Shown: one piece after another, positions 1-12,521 of the stretch
Numbering within the stretch: the stretch's first letter is position 1
Layout: the number at the start of each line of letters is the position of its first letter
From: Octopus sinensis
Lineage: Eukaryota
DNA: 64,000 bases
Direction of reading: 5' to 3'
NCBI RefSeq assembly: GCF_006345805.1
Contig: NC_043006.1
Location: 56,234,001-56,298,000, forward strand
The notes under the pieces: model-generated
Database searches by the model: none
What the model was told of the DNA's origin: nothing
Seen by the model: the letters and a program-made list of their open reading frames with translations, nothing else
Made by a program: the position numbers and the translations under genes

Positions 1-268
1 TTCTCAATATGTTCACTAAAGGGTATCATTCTGTATTCTGGGAATGCAATCTGTTGTCGATGCAGTGTGCATCTACGTCTGAGTGATAGTCCCGTGGACC
101 CCAGTTAGTTTTGGTGGCAGCCCGAGCATCTTATGACATAAATTATGTTTTCAGAAGCAGAAGTAAAATTAGATTTGATCTTGAATTTTTGTCCCTCTTT
201 GAAGAGGAATTCTGATCCTTCTAGAAGGTTTGGGCATGTTGCGTAGTTTGGTCTACCACATTTTTCTT
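1..268 (-). pseudogene. Penelope-like element GIY-YIG endonuclease fragment (runs off window start)
   Basis: Minus strand reads KCGRPNYATCPNLLEGSEFLFKEGQKFKIKSNFTSASENIIYVIRCSGCHQN*LGSTGLSLRRRCTLHRQQIAFPEYRMIPFSEHIE; one in-frame stop; clear paralog of ORF 62733-63188. Confidence 0.85.
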
Positions 269-650
269 TACACTTCATAACGAAGACATAACACGATGTT
301 TTGAGAAATTTGAAAAGTTAACACGAAACCGCTAATTTCTTCAAAAACTATGTCACTGTATGAAAAAATTTTATAACATTCTACTGACATAATGACTCAA
401 ATATATTTTTTAACCTTTTAAAACAAGCCTTCTGCAGTTTTTTCACTTTTTACTATTTTCTCTCTCTCTCTCTATATATATATATATACATATATATCTG
501 TATTTATACATATATATATATGTGTGTGTGTGTGTAGATACATATATATGTATAATTATATCTAATATATATACATATACATATATACATATATATATAT
601 AAATATATATACATATGTTAATATTTCTATCTATCTATATATCTGTCTGT

Positions 651-687
<37 letters not shown>

Positions 688-1721
688 AATATATATATAT
701 ATATATGCAGGTATATATCTATGTAATTTATATATAATATAAATATGTATGAATATAAATATTTAATTATAAATATTTATAAATATATAGGTGTGTGTGT
801 GTGTGTGTCTAAATGCATGTCTATACCATTAGGCATGGCTTCTGTGATATCTATTCTATTAAGCTATTTATATAATGATTCTTTTCGCTGTATCGCATCA
901 ATTTCTATAATAGATAGGATTGCTTAGCTTGAACTTGAGGGCATTTATATTAATAGATATTAACATTTAAGTGTCATATCTATAAAATGCAAGACGTAAA
1001 ATTATTTTCGTCATTCATTTCATATTCGATAATATAATACCTTTGTGTATCTCATGCTCATTGTCTATATTTGTGCTTTGTGATATGAGTGAGTTCGTTT
1101 GTCTATCTATGTATGTGTGTGATCGTGCATAAGTGTTGGTCGTGTCTGTGTATACGATTTATTTTCGTTGACTGTGTGTGGGATGATAAGCGAAATGGCG
1201 CAGTAGTAAGAGCCTCGTACTATATTCTCTCCGGTATTCGTTTTGATTCTTTGGGTCCCAAGTTCAAATATCACAAAGGACAGCTTTGCTTTTCCAGCCA
1301 AATACCTAAGTCAAATCTCATCATCTCTCCTGGAATTCGTTACATTGCTCTGTTACAATGATTGTAGGGTACAATTCACTTTTGTTTTGCAGAAATGTAC
1401 AAGCGTTGAGGCAGACGCCAACAGCCACTTATTATAAAAAATCAAATATTTATCCCCACCTAAACGTGGATGTACTATTAGAACAAACTTTACTGTAGAT
1501 ACCATGAGAGAAGCTCTAATACTGGCTTTTTGGTGCAAAATGAGCTTTTTAACAAGAAAAGCATGTCACTGGAACATTTGAAAGATGGACCAATATGTAC
1601 AAGAAGTGATAATAAAGAAGTTGCATGATGATTTCGTATTTGAGTATTTTCTGCTTTATTCGTTTCTTGTGTGTGTCTGTATGTGTGTGTATATGTATGT
1701 GAGAGTGTGTGTGTATGTGTT

Positions 1722-1895
1722 CCCCAGCTGGATGGGACGCCAGTCCATCGCAGCGTTACTCATTTTTTGCCAGCTGAGTGGACTGGAGCAACGTGAAAGT
1801 GTTTTGCTCAAGAACACAACGCGTCACCCGGTCCAGGAATCGAAACCACAATCTTACGATTATGATGCTGACACCCTAACCACTAAGCCACGCGC
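1722..1895 (-). mobile_element. tRNA-derived SINE fragment
   Basis: Minus-strand tRNA-like head (TGGCTTAGTGG...GGTTTCGATTCC); shares CAGCTGGAYGGGACGCCAGTCCATCG with 34500-34805. Confidence 0.7.
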
Positions 1896-2665
1896 ATCCA
1901 TATATGTGTATAGTATACCACAATATTTCTATAATGTTCTTCTTTGTAGTTTGGCAGTTTCTGTACTTGTAGCACTTAGTATTTTGCTTTTACTATCTCG
2001 GATTTTGTCCCTTGTCATTTGTTTTCATATAAATTCATATTTCAGTCCTTGGCAATTTTGCCGCACTTTTCACGTCTCTGTAAACTTGTAAATCAACACT
2101 TCTACATTTTTATTATCCTGTATTTCCGTATATCTTCAAATTCTTTATTTTGAACAGTGTATCTTGTGAAATATTGTAAGTCTGCAAATAAAAGGTGGCT
2201 AATTTGCACAGTCAGTAGAACGTTCAAAAGAATGTCTTTCGTTATTTGCCCCGTCCCATTGCTCTCTTTGTCACATCTTTTCACTATCAAGCTTGCATTT
2301 TACCTATTGTTTTTTTGTCGGTAAAGATAGTACAAATATATTCCTTGGATTGACAAAACTATTAGAGCACAGGACAGGATTTTATGCAGAAAGTGCTCCA
2401 GTTCTTTGCGTTCTGACAGCTACATCCTGCCATGATGCTAGCCTTGCTTTTCCTCTTGACCATATGAATAGCATTTAGTAGCTCGAGACAGGCTTTTACT
2501 TCACGAAGATGACAAACGAACAATAATCACTACAGATTCTATACATCGTGGGTTAAGCGTATAAGCAAATACATGCAAATATATTTGCTACAGCGAAACT
2601 GAATTCCATTTTTAATAGCGTCGAATAATTCATGAAGCTATGCGACGCCATCTTCATGCGCATAT

Positions 2666-2767
<102 letters not shown>

Positions 2768-2789
2768 AGAGAGAGAGAGAGAGAGAAGA

Positions 2790-3720
2790 GAGAGAGGGGT
2801 TATGAGAAGTAATGGTGTCAGGTAATGTCGAGTAAGTGCTATGAACAGACCATAGTTGAGCTCCAGGTTCGGTGATTATGTGAATAAGGAGTCCAACGTA
2901 GGTCATATTTCAGCATGTGTATATATAAATTTTTTTTCAGAGTGACATAAAAAAAAATCAAGGCTGTGAAGATTTTAGAACATTTATAAATAGGAAGTCT
3001 TACACCTGCTTTCGGGATATTTATTATAGATAGATTTAGATAAGATATGAAATAGAGAGTGTAGTGGAGGAATGAAAATAGATGTGAGATATGCAGGGTT
3101 TTTGCATTTGTAGATCCATTATTTAGGCAGAATGATATACATATAAGATTCCAACACATTGTGAGAAAATTCCAATAGTATTTAAAAGTGTTCATTCCAA
3201 GTATAGAGTTTGTACACTGCTATTGAATTGATGGTTTTTATGTAATGTGACCTAAAAGTAGGGAATGTATTTGTAAGATCAAATCGAAACAGGAAGAGAG
3301 GAATAAAGAAAAGAGAAAAAAGGAATAAAGAAAAAACAGGAAGAGACAAATAAAGAAAAGAAAGAAAAAAGGAAAAAAGAAAAATAAGGAGAGAGATAAT
3401 AAAGAGATGAAGACTTGGAATGACCAATTTTAAATACTATTGGAATTTACTCACAAGGTATTGGAATCTTACATGGATACCATTCTGCCTAAATAATGAA
3501 TCTACAAATGCAATATCACTGCATATCTCACATTTATTTTCTTTCCTCCACTACACTCTCTATTTCATATCTTATCTAAATTAACTATTGCTTAACAATT
3601 TTCTCACACCGTCTCCGATGAAGGGATATATAAAATTTCCCGGAAACAGCTGTAAGACTTTCTATTTATAAATGTTCTAAAATCTTCATAGACTTGGTTT
3701 TTATCTCATTCTGAAAAAAT
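2790..3720. mobile_element. PLE pseudo-LTR family A insertion: minus copy 2790-3413 plus inverted plus-strand copy 3414-3720, between microsatellites
   Basis: 3414-3720 is the reverse complement of ~2930-3200; same sequence recurs at 19125-20083; contains a hammerhead motif. Confidence 0.8.
3611..3658 (+). ncRNA. Minimal type I hammerhead ribozyme, family A (CCGAUGA core variant)
   Basis: GTCT-CCGATGA-A-GGGATAT-ataaa-ATTTCCC-G-GAAA-CAGCTG-TA-AGAC: stem I GTCT/AGAC, stem II GGGA/TCCC, palindromic stem III. Confidence 0.7.
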
Positions 3721-3743
3721 TATATATATATATATATATATAT

Positions 3744-3952
3744 GGCCGTTGCCAGCCTCCTCTGGCACCTGTGCCGGTGGCACGTAAAAAGCACCCACTA
3801 CACTCACGGAGTGGTTGGCGTAAGGAAGGGCATCCAGCTGTAGAAACACTGCCAGATCAGACTGGAGCCTGGTGCAGCCTCCTGGCTTCCCAGACCCCGG
3901 TCGAACCGCCCAACCCGTGCTAGCACTGAAAACGGCGTTAAACGATGATGAT
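3744..3952 (+). mobile_element. 3' portion of a SINE/RTE-related retroposon with (GAT)n tail
   Basis: GC-rich island with TGGCGTAAGGAAGGGCATCCAGCTGTAGAAAC and an end of GGCGTTAAACGATGATGAT, between (TA)n tracts. Confidence 0.65.
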
Positions 3953-3965
3953 AATATATATATAT

Positions 3966-4027
<62 letters not shown>

Positions 4028-4462
4028 CTTACGATTACAACTAGTATGAATTCCCGCTAATCACTCATGTATCATATCCTTTTCAATTAAATTTGAATGG
4101 TTTTATGGTAAAATAAGTACCGGAATTGATTATATTTGCCGACCGTTTATGAAATATGAAATAATACAAAGTAATGTGGTTAGGTATATTCTGTTATGAG
4201 GCAACCAGTAGGATTTCCTTGGTATTTTTTTACTATTTATATAATGTCATCTCCTTTACTCACACACGTACATACACACTCACATACATATTTATGAATT
4301 TATTGGTTTCGTGTACACTTTGTTCAATATTAGATAACATGTGGGTGTCTTACTTGTCCAGAGAGTCTGACCTCTTACACTTACTCACAAGACACATAAG
4401 CGCGTTAGCTAGATAAAGTGATAAGCAGATATGTGCATTTATGTGTGTATATGGATATACAC

Positions 4463-4513
<51 letters not shown>

Positions 4514-4641
4514 TGTGTGTGTGTGTGTGTGTACACACGAAGAAAATAGTAAATACAGAAAATAGAATTGGCACCAGGCAATGCGTATTTTATATTCATA
4601 CATAAGTACATACATAAGCATAGACATGTACATAACATATA

Positions 4642-4682
<41 letters not shown>

Positions 4683-4713
4683 ATGTATGTATGTATGTAT
4701 GTATGTATGTATG

Positions 4714-4744
<31 letters not shown>

Positions 4745-5201
4745 GTTTATGTTTTCAACTAATTTATCTAGAAATTATTAGAAATGCGATTTGCTATAAA
4801 ACCTTATCGTCGGCAGAATAATGAAGGCTCCTTTTTATTTGATTATTGTTCAACAAGGCGTAAAACCTACCAAAGCAATTTCTGCTTACCAAAATATTTC
4901 TGCTTACCAAAAACAGCAGCAAAATGTATTTCTATCTCCTTTGAATTCTACAGGGAAACATTTAAAAAGAATAGTGTAACTATTTAAAACCCTCCTATGT
5001 TTCTAACATGTTGTTTTATGTATAAATATTATGTCGTTACTTAAGCCAATGATTACTTAGTTATTATTACTTAATATAATCCCAGTTTTCAATCACGCCA
5101 ATGATAAATTAGAGATATGTAAATTGATTAAACCATTGTAGTTAAGTTCTAGTGTGAGTGGGGTACAAATATCTATTTGCTATAAATATTTTTGTAGTCA
5201 G

Positions 5202-5443
5202 AGAAATGAAGCGTCCTTGTCTTTGGGCGACTGAGCAACATGCATTGAAATGTGTCCTTTATATCACAGCGAAAACCTTTAAAAACGGTTAAGAATCCTA
5301 ATAGAATTATTATATACTTGGAAATGAGCGTCCTTGTCTTTGGATGACTGAGCAACATGTATTGAAATGTGTCCTTTATATCACAGCGAAAAACCTTTTA
5401 AAAACGGTTAAGAATCCTAATAGAATTATTATATACTTGGAAA
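5202..5443 (+). repeat. Tandem duplication of a ~118-bp unit
   Basis: GAAATGA(A)GCGTCCTTGTCTTTGG...GAATTATTATATACTTG occurs twice head-to-tail. Confidence 0.9.
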
Positions 5444-5833
5444 TAAATTAAAAAATTCATTAAATATGAATAAATGCGCATATAAAAATTATAAATTAAA
5501 TATTATGTTATGGTCCACACGCCTAATTCCATATAAAAGGTAAGAGAAACGATCAACGAGTGCTAAATATAATAAACATATTCGTGAGTATATAATATAT
5601 AGTCCAATGAATATATACACATATGCGTGTGTGATGTGTGTGTGTGTGTGTGGTGTGTAATGTACCAAGTGTTCACACATATATACTTATATAGTGTGTA
5701 CCGCGTACACATACACCCACTCCATATATATATATATATATGTATATATATAAATATATGGGGTGGGTGTATGGGCTGGTGGGGTTCAAATCGTGAAAGA
5801 TAAGGAAAACTGTGACATGTACCAAGAAATACT

Positions 5834-7758
5834 GGTTAATATAGGGCGTTACGATTATCAGAAAATCAAAAACAAAATGTGTGTAATAGGTGTAAAACAA
5901 CTTCCTATGAACGAATATGAAAAAAAAAATTCGCGCACGCGAAAGGGAGGTGGGAGAGAGGCCTCGGAAAATTCACCTCGGGAAGTTCCGAAAGCGTCTG
6001 AGGGGCTGACCCGGGCACCAAAACAAAAAAAAAATAGTGTAATATGTGTAAAACAACTTTCTCTAAACGAATATGACAAACAAAATACGCTCTCGCGAAA
6101 GAGGGGTGGGTAAGAGGCCTCGGAAAATTTATATCGGGAATTTCCGAAAGCGTCTGAACCGGGCACAAAAACAAAAACAAAAACAGCGTAATAGGTGTAA
6201 AACAACTTGCTCTAAACGACTATCATGAAAAAAATGCGCGCTCGCGAAAGGGGGGTGGGGGAGAGGCTTCGGAAATTTCAAATCTTCAGTCCACGGCCTT
6301 TAAACTAGAAAAATAGTGTAATTGGTGTAAAACTACTTGTTCTAAACGAGTATCAAGAACACACACTCACACATGAATCATAAAATCATATTTCGCAAAA
6401 AAAAAAAAATAAGAGAAGAAATTCTGGAAAAAGTGAAGAAATGTTGGATCTCCGCCATGTGAATCAAAATACGTGTCAGAAACATCTTGAAATACTACAG
6501 AAATTATGTTACGAAAATGATAATGTATACATACCTCTTTGAGTGGTCCATCGATAATGATGATAAAGAAATGAGTTGGATTTGAACTCAGAATATTGAC
6601 TACCACAACTACATACTACAAGACTCAAAATATTCAGCCAAGTCACCACCCTTTAACTAGCAATAATAATAACATCAATAACATAACAGCCAAAAGATTT
6701 ATTTGTTCTGAAAATAACAATCATAGTAAATAAATATGTTCTTTAATATTCACATTCATGTGCACAGTTAAACACACTTACATACAAACAGTCACGCATA
6801 ATACAGAACGGAACACATAAATGAAGGATGCATTACTTAGTATATATTACATCTAGAGAATTTTGATTAATAAGTCAAATATGCAAATTATAAAGATTTA
6901 ATTGCTTTACTAAACAGTGTTGTAAAGGTGAAAAAATAAATTTGGGAAAAAAATACACGCCAAAACTAATTAATAAGGATAATTAGGGAAGGATGACACA
7001 AAATAATAATTTTTTTGTCTCTTTTTTTCTGATAAATGCATCTTAATAAGTGAGAAGAATTGCATATATCTGAACTATTTCAAAGAAAAGCATAAATTTA
7101 ATGTTTAAAATAGCTCTAACCAAGAATGAGATCCAACATTCTTCACTTTTTCCAGATTTTCTTCTCTTATTTATTTTTTTTTTTTGCGAAATATGTACCA
7201 AAATACGGAGTTTATGATTCATGTGTGAGTGTGTGTTCTTGATACTCGTTTAGAACAAGTAGTTTTACACCAATTACACTATTTTTTCTTAGTTTAAAGG
7301 CTGTGGACTGAGATGTGAAATTTCCGAAGCCTCTCCCCCACCCCCCTTCGCGAGCGCGCATTTTTTTCATGATAGTCGTTTAGAGCAAGTTGTTTTACAC
7401 CTATTACGCTGTTTTTGTTTTTGTTTTTGTGCCCGGTTCAGACGCTTTCGGAAATTCCCGATAAAATTTTCCGAGGCCTCTCCCCCACCCCTCTTTCGCG
7501 AGAGCGTATTTGTTTGTCATATTCGTTTAGAGAAAGTTGTTTTACACATATACACTATTTTTTTTTGTTTTGGTGCCCGGGTCAGCCCCTCAGACGCTTT
7601 CGGAACTTCCCGATGTGAATTTTCCGAGGCCTCTCCCCCCACCTCCCTTTCGCGTGCGCGAATTTTTTTTTTCCTATTCGTTCATAGGAAGTTGTTTTAC
7701 ACCTATTACACACATTTTTTTTTTGATTTTCTGATAATCGTAACGCCCTATATTAACC
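5834..7758. mobile_element. Non-autonomous foldback-like DNA transposon with ~620-bp modular TIRs and 8-bp TSD (MULE- or Merlin-type, superfamily unresolved)
   Basis: Termini GGTTAATATAGGGCGTTACG...CGTAACGCCCTATATTAACC; arms 5834-6452 and 7128-7758; TSD GAAATACT at 5826-5833 and 7759-7766; ~3.5 tandem ~150-bp subrepeats per arm. Confidence 0.9.
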
Positions 7759-8531
7759 GAAATACTTGATAGATAAACTGATAGATGAAAAAGTACATAC
7801 TATAATGAGGTCTTCCCGTAAAAACCGTAGGAACTTAAGATTACCACTACAGCAAAGAAACCTCATAATTTAGGAAAAGATTAACGTCTTCGTTTTGTAT
7901 GTTCACTAGCCAACATTATACTAATAATGGATGACATTGTACAAGACTTTGAATTAAGAATAGCACCTTATGTCTTAGAAAAGCAGACCACATACAGAGG
8001 ACGATATCATTGCTTAATTTTGTGTCAAAGTATCAATTCTAACCCACTAAATTACTTGCCAGTTTTCATATCATTCGACGCTGTTTTACATTTGTTCTGT
8101 AATGGATTTATATAGCAGCCTTGTTGTCTGTGAAATAGAGCATGCACACATTGCGTGAGTTATATATCGTTAGTGAAAAGCAGTAATGATTATCACCTAT
8201 AGAAGGAGATCAATAGAATGTTTAATTTATTGTGATATATGTTAATATGACATTAAACAACATTAATAGAGAAGAAAATCATGTATAATACTGCTTCCGT
8301 CACTAGTGACAAGTTACGTGACTTCGGGCTGGTCAAAGCTTTGTGAGCGGATATAAATATATATCAATCATATATATATATATGAGTTCAATAGAGAAGC
8401 AGTGATGAGTGAAAATTCTGTAAATAACACATAATAATGGTTATAAACTTAAAACTTATAACCGCTGTGTATTAGCTAAGGAAAATAATTTAAAGAAAAT
8501 AAAATACACAGACACACATACACATATATAT

Positions 8532-8591
<60 letters not shown>

Positions 8592-8602
8592 TCGAGCACG
8601 CA

Positions 8603-8830
8603 CGAGAGATGCTGAAAAGTTCCTAGTTTGGGATAAAAGAAAATACCAGAGAATCAGTTAATTATGATTTTATTCAACATATTCCTAGATTCAAGGTATT
8701 CTCAGATTCACGCACTTAATGCAGCGTTCTTTCAGCTTTTCTAAATCCTGTAAAAGAACTCAGAAGACTGGGCATCTCACAAGGCCTTTCGTGATAACCT
8801 TAAAGCCAGGAACTTTTCAGCACCCACTAG
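8603..8830. mobile_element. Mariner-derived MITE
   Basis: Imperfect TIRs CGAGAGATGCTGAAAAGTTCC / GGAACTTTTCAGCACCCACTAG; related copy in opposite orientation at 10458-10670. Confidence 0.75.
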
Positions 8831-9194
8831 TATATGTTTAGAGTTTGCTTCATAATGCCCGTAGATGAATTTTATGCATAAATCTGATGAATTAATATTT
8901 TCTGTTTTCAGTTTAATAAGTCCAATATGATATAGTATATCGCATATTATATAATAATATTACAGGACTTCTGTAATACATACATACATACATACACATA
9001 CATACATACATACATACATACATACATACATACATACATACATACATACATGCATACATACATGATGGCCGTCCACTCGTGACCGAGGAAAACCATTGCC
9101 GACCTTCAGGAACATTGTGCGCTCTAGGACTAACTTATATTTTGCATTTGCGGCTCCGTTGGTGGCTAATGAGCCCTATACATACATACATATA

Positions 9195-9312
9195 TGGTTG
9201 TGGTGTTTGTGCCTGGTGTAGCTTCATCAGAGGGTAGTCATGATGAGTATAACGGGCTCGTATATTTTATCCCGGTGTGATTTTGATGGCATGCATTGCT
9301 CTCTCACTCAAA
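9195..9312 (+). mobile_element. 3' end of a retroposon terminating in (TAA)n
   Basis: Ends GCTCTCTCACTCAAAAATAATAAT; homologous to the 3' end of 42244-42785. Confidence 0.6.
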
Positions 9313-9388
<76 letters not shown>

Positions 9389-10093
9389 TATATATATATA
9401 TACATATATGTGTATGTGTGAGTGTGTCTGTTTGTTCACCACTACAGCTTGACAACCGGTGTTGGTATGTTTCCGCCCTCGTAACTTAGCCCCCCGGCAA
9501 AAGTACTAGGGTTAGAGAAAAAATATTAAGTACTGGGGTTGATTCGACTAAAAAACAACTTTTCAAAGTGACCAGCACGGCTGCTGTGTCATGGAAAGGA
9601 GGAGTAGATAGACAGCAGATAACTGATGAAGGGTCTTTCTTTATGTTACTTGTCCTGTTTTCCATTTGTTTCTCTCGTTATTAGCGTTTTGAACACATTT
9701 GTTTTCGTATTTCATGTTGTTTACTTTCGGTGACGTCCTGTACCCATATATGCATATGTATATATATATGTGCGTGTGTGTGTGGTTAGGAGTAAGTTAG
9801 TGTATGTTTGCGTATGTTCGTATATGTATATATATGAGGTTAGGTATATATATATTTATACATATGTAAATATGGATTTGTATATACATACATACATACA
9901 TACATACATACATACATACATACATACATACATACATACATACATACATACATACATACATACCTAAATGTATGTAGACAAAATTCCATATATATGGAAT
10001 TCTAAGCTCCACAGCAGTCATATGTCTATCTGTACACAGGAATTGTGTATTTCGGTATATATGTATGTACATATGTATATATGCATACATGCA

Positions 10094-10183
<90 letters not shown>

Positions 10184-10457
10184 AATTGCATTTTCATATT
10201 CTGCGTGAAATTAAATTATATAATTATTTACTCACTGATAATTCCCCTCCTTCTTCACAGTCAATATTAAAATCAAGAAATTCCAGTTCTACTCTTTTGT
10301 CGTGGCCACCTATTAAGTAAAATGCACAGGGTGGGGCAAATTCATCTGCAATATACCAGTAGTCTCCAGGTGAGGTTTTCAGCTGGTTGCAATCTGTAAA
10401 AGAAATGGAAAGGAATCATAATTAAAGGCAATGGGATATTCGTTTCATATTTGAATA

Positions 10458-10670
10458 CGAGGGGGTGATGAACATTTCCCGGCCTTGAGGTTATCAAGAA
10501 AACCCTGGTTGGAAGTCCATCCTTCCGAGTTCCGGCTTTAGAAAAAAACTGAAGGACAGCTGCAATAAGTGAGTGAATCTGATACGTGAATATATTGAAT
10601 AAAATCATAATTAACTGTTCCTCATGTTTTTAATTTTACCTGCAACCCAGAAACATTTAAGCATTCCTCG
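10458..10670. mobile_element. Mariner-derived MITE
   Basis: TA-CGAGGGGGTGATGAAC...AAGCATTCCTCG ends; interior is the reverse complement of 8603-8830. Confidence 0.7.
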
Positions 10671-10954
10671 TGTATATATTTGAAATTTTTAAATCACTGT
10701 TTTAATAAATATGGCAGTGGTCCTAAATATCGGTAAGATACTTAATATGCTGCGTGCATTAACACTACCACCTATGCTTTGGATACGTTTATCGTAGCAA
10801 AATTCAACTACAAGCATTCAGATCTAGTTAGTTATCTTCCTGTTAGCGCTTTTCCACTTGACGATAATCAGTCAAGTATTCAAGCTGAATATCGTACATA
10901 TATAAATCATACGATTTAGAACGTTCTGAAAGGTTTCAGGGCATTAACTATGCT

Positions 10955-11086
10955 CATTATTTATATTTGACGGATATTTGTCATCATCTGGTTTGTGTTA
11001 ACACAACGTTTCGGTTGATATACCCTCCGTCAAATATAAATAATGTAAATAATGTACATAATTCCTCATCTCTTAAATATAGAACT
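10955..11086. mobile_element. Short PLE-type remnant with inverted segment and truncated minus-strand hammerhead half
   Basis: CATTATTTATATTTGACGG / CCGTCAAATATAAATAATG inverted pair; ACACAACGTTTCGG at 11001-11014; flanked by GCATTAAnnATGCTCATT direct repeats. Confidence 0.5.
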
Positions 11087-11371
11087 GCATTAAAAATGCT
11101 CATTTTACTAATTCATTAAAAATAAAAAATAAATATGTCCCATATTATTTATAAGCAAGTTAATAAGATGTCACTTAACCTGCAAGAAAAGGTAATCAAA
11201 GCTCTCTGTGAATGAGGAAAGAACAGATTGGATACGGGAGCCTTAAAAAGAATGATGGTCATGGTTGCTATATATTTCATCACGAGTTTGCTTAAATTTG
11301 TCCTTGCTACCCAGCTGCAGGAACATCAACAACAACAACAAAAACAAAAAACAAAATCAACAACATATACT

Positions 11372-11543
11372 TTATGTCTTACTTGTTTCAGTCATTAGAC
11401 TGGGGTACCGCCTTGAAGATTTTCTTTTTAAAGCTTGGTACTTATTCTATCAGTTACTTTAGCCGAACCGCTAAGTTACGGCGGCGCAAACAAAACAACA
11501 CCGGTTGTCAATCTGTAGTAGAGGACAAACAAATAAAACAAAG

Positions 11544-11581
<38 letters not shown>

Positions 11582-11702
11582 GTACAGCTGGCTTCTTTAG
11601 TTTCCGTCTAAAAAATCCACTCATAAGGTTTTAGTCAGTCCAAGTTTATAGTAGAAGACATTACATGTTGTTGGGAATCATACTTCTAACCACACAGCTA
11701 CG
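11372..11702 (-). mobile_element. tRNA-derived SINE with CORE-like domain and internal microsatellite
   Basis: Reverse-complement homolog of 23251-23649. Confidence 0.8.
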
Positions 11703-11797
11703 TGTGCACCAATAGATACATAGATACATGCATACATACATACATACATACATACATACATACATACATACATACATACATACATACATACATACTC

Positions 11798-12180
11798 ATA
11801 ATAATAAGGAATACTGGCTGAATGTACCAATGAAGACCTCTATAAAATGTTTGCATAACAGACCTGATATAATGATTTGGGATAGAGAAGAGAAACCGTG
11901 CACAGTTGCGGAAATTTGCTGCCCAGCGGATATTAAACCTGAAGATCAGTGAGAAAGAGAATACCTATGCTGAACTATTGAGAAATCTGAAGTTAATTTA
12001 GATTACAAGTTCAGGTTTATATCTGTAATTATTGGGGCCCTAGGATATATAACACACTGCCTAAATACCAATATTGAGAAATTAGTCTTCTCAAAAACCA
12101 GAATAGAGGAAGCTAATTTGAGGACTACAAATTCAATCCATCACTGAAACTGTAAAAATCTGTAAAACTGTCCAGAGATT
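11798..12180 (+). mobile_element. 3' fragment of an R4/Dong-like non-LTR element (restriction-like endonuclease)
   Basis: HNRPDIMIWDREEK..TVAEICCPAD, then IPVIIGALG: the RLE PD-(D/E) pattern. Confidence 0.75.
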
Positions 12181-12521
12181 GTATGTATGGTTGAAACAAA
12201 CAAAACATTAAAGATAAATGATATATGTATGCATGCGCATACAATGCATATGAATATATGCAAATAGCCGAATGGTTATTGTTTATGCATGCTTGTGCAA
12301 AAAAGTGTATTGCAATACTCAGCCAAGGGTGTTAAGACTTAAGTGAATTGCCCAAGCCACTCACTGTTTAGTCAGATAAAACTATAGTTGTCTAGCAGTC
12401 TAGATAACAAAGGTAATGCATGCAGTGTTTATTCATAGGTGTACGAAACTGGATGACCTGGCGATAATGATCATTTAGGCATGTATATAAGCATACATGC
12501 AAGTATTATAATACACTTGCG

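Noticed and set aside
5881-6360. Regularly spaced GTGTAAAACAACTT boxes resembling a CRISPR array
   Set aside because: The intervening sequences are homologous to each other, mirrored in the other arm, and there are no cas genes; these are TIR subrepeats in a eukaryote
9623-9640. CTGATGAAGGG possible hammerhead core
   Set aside because: No matching stem II partner or GAAA downstream
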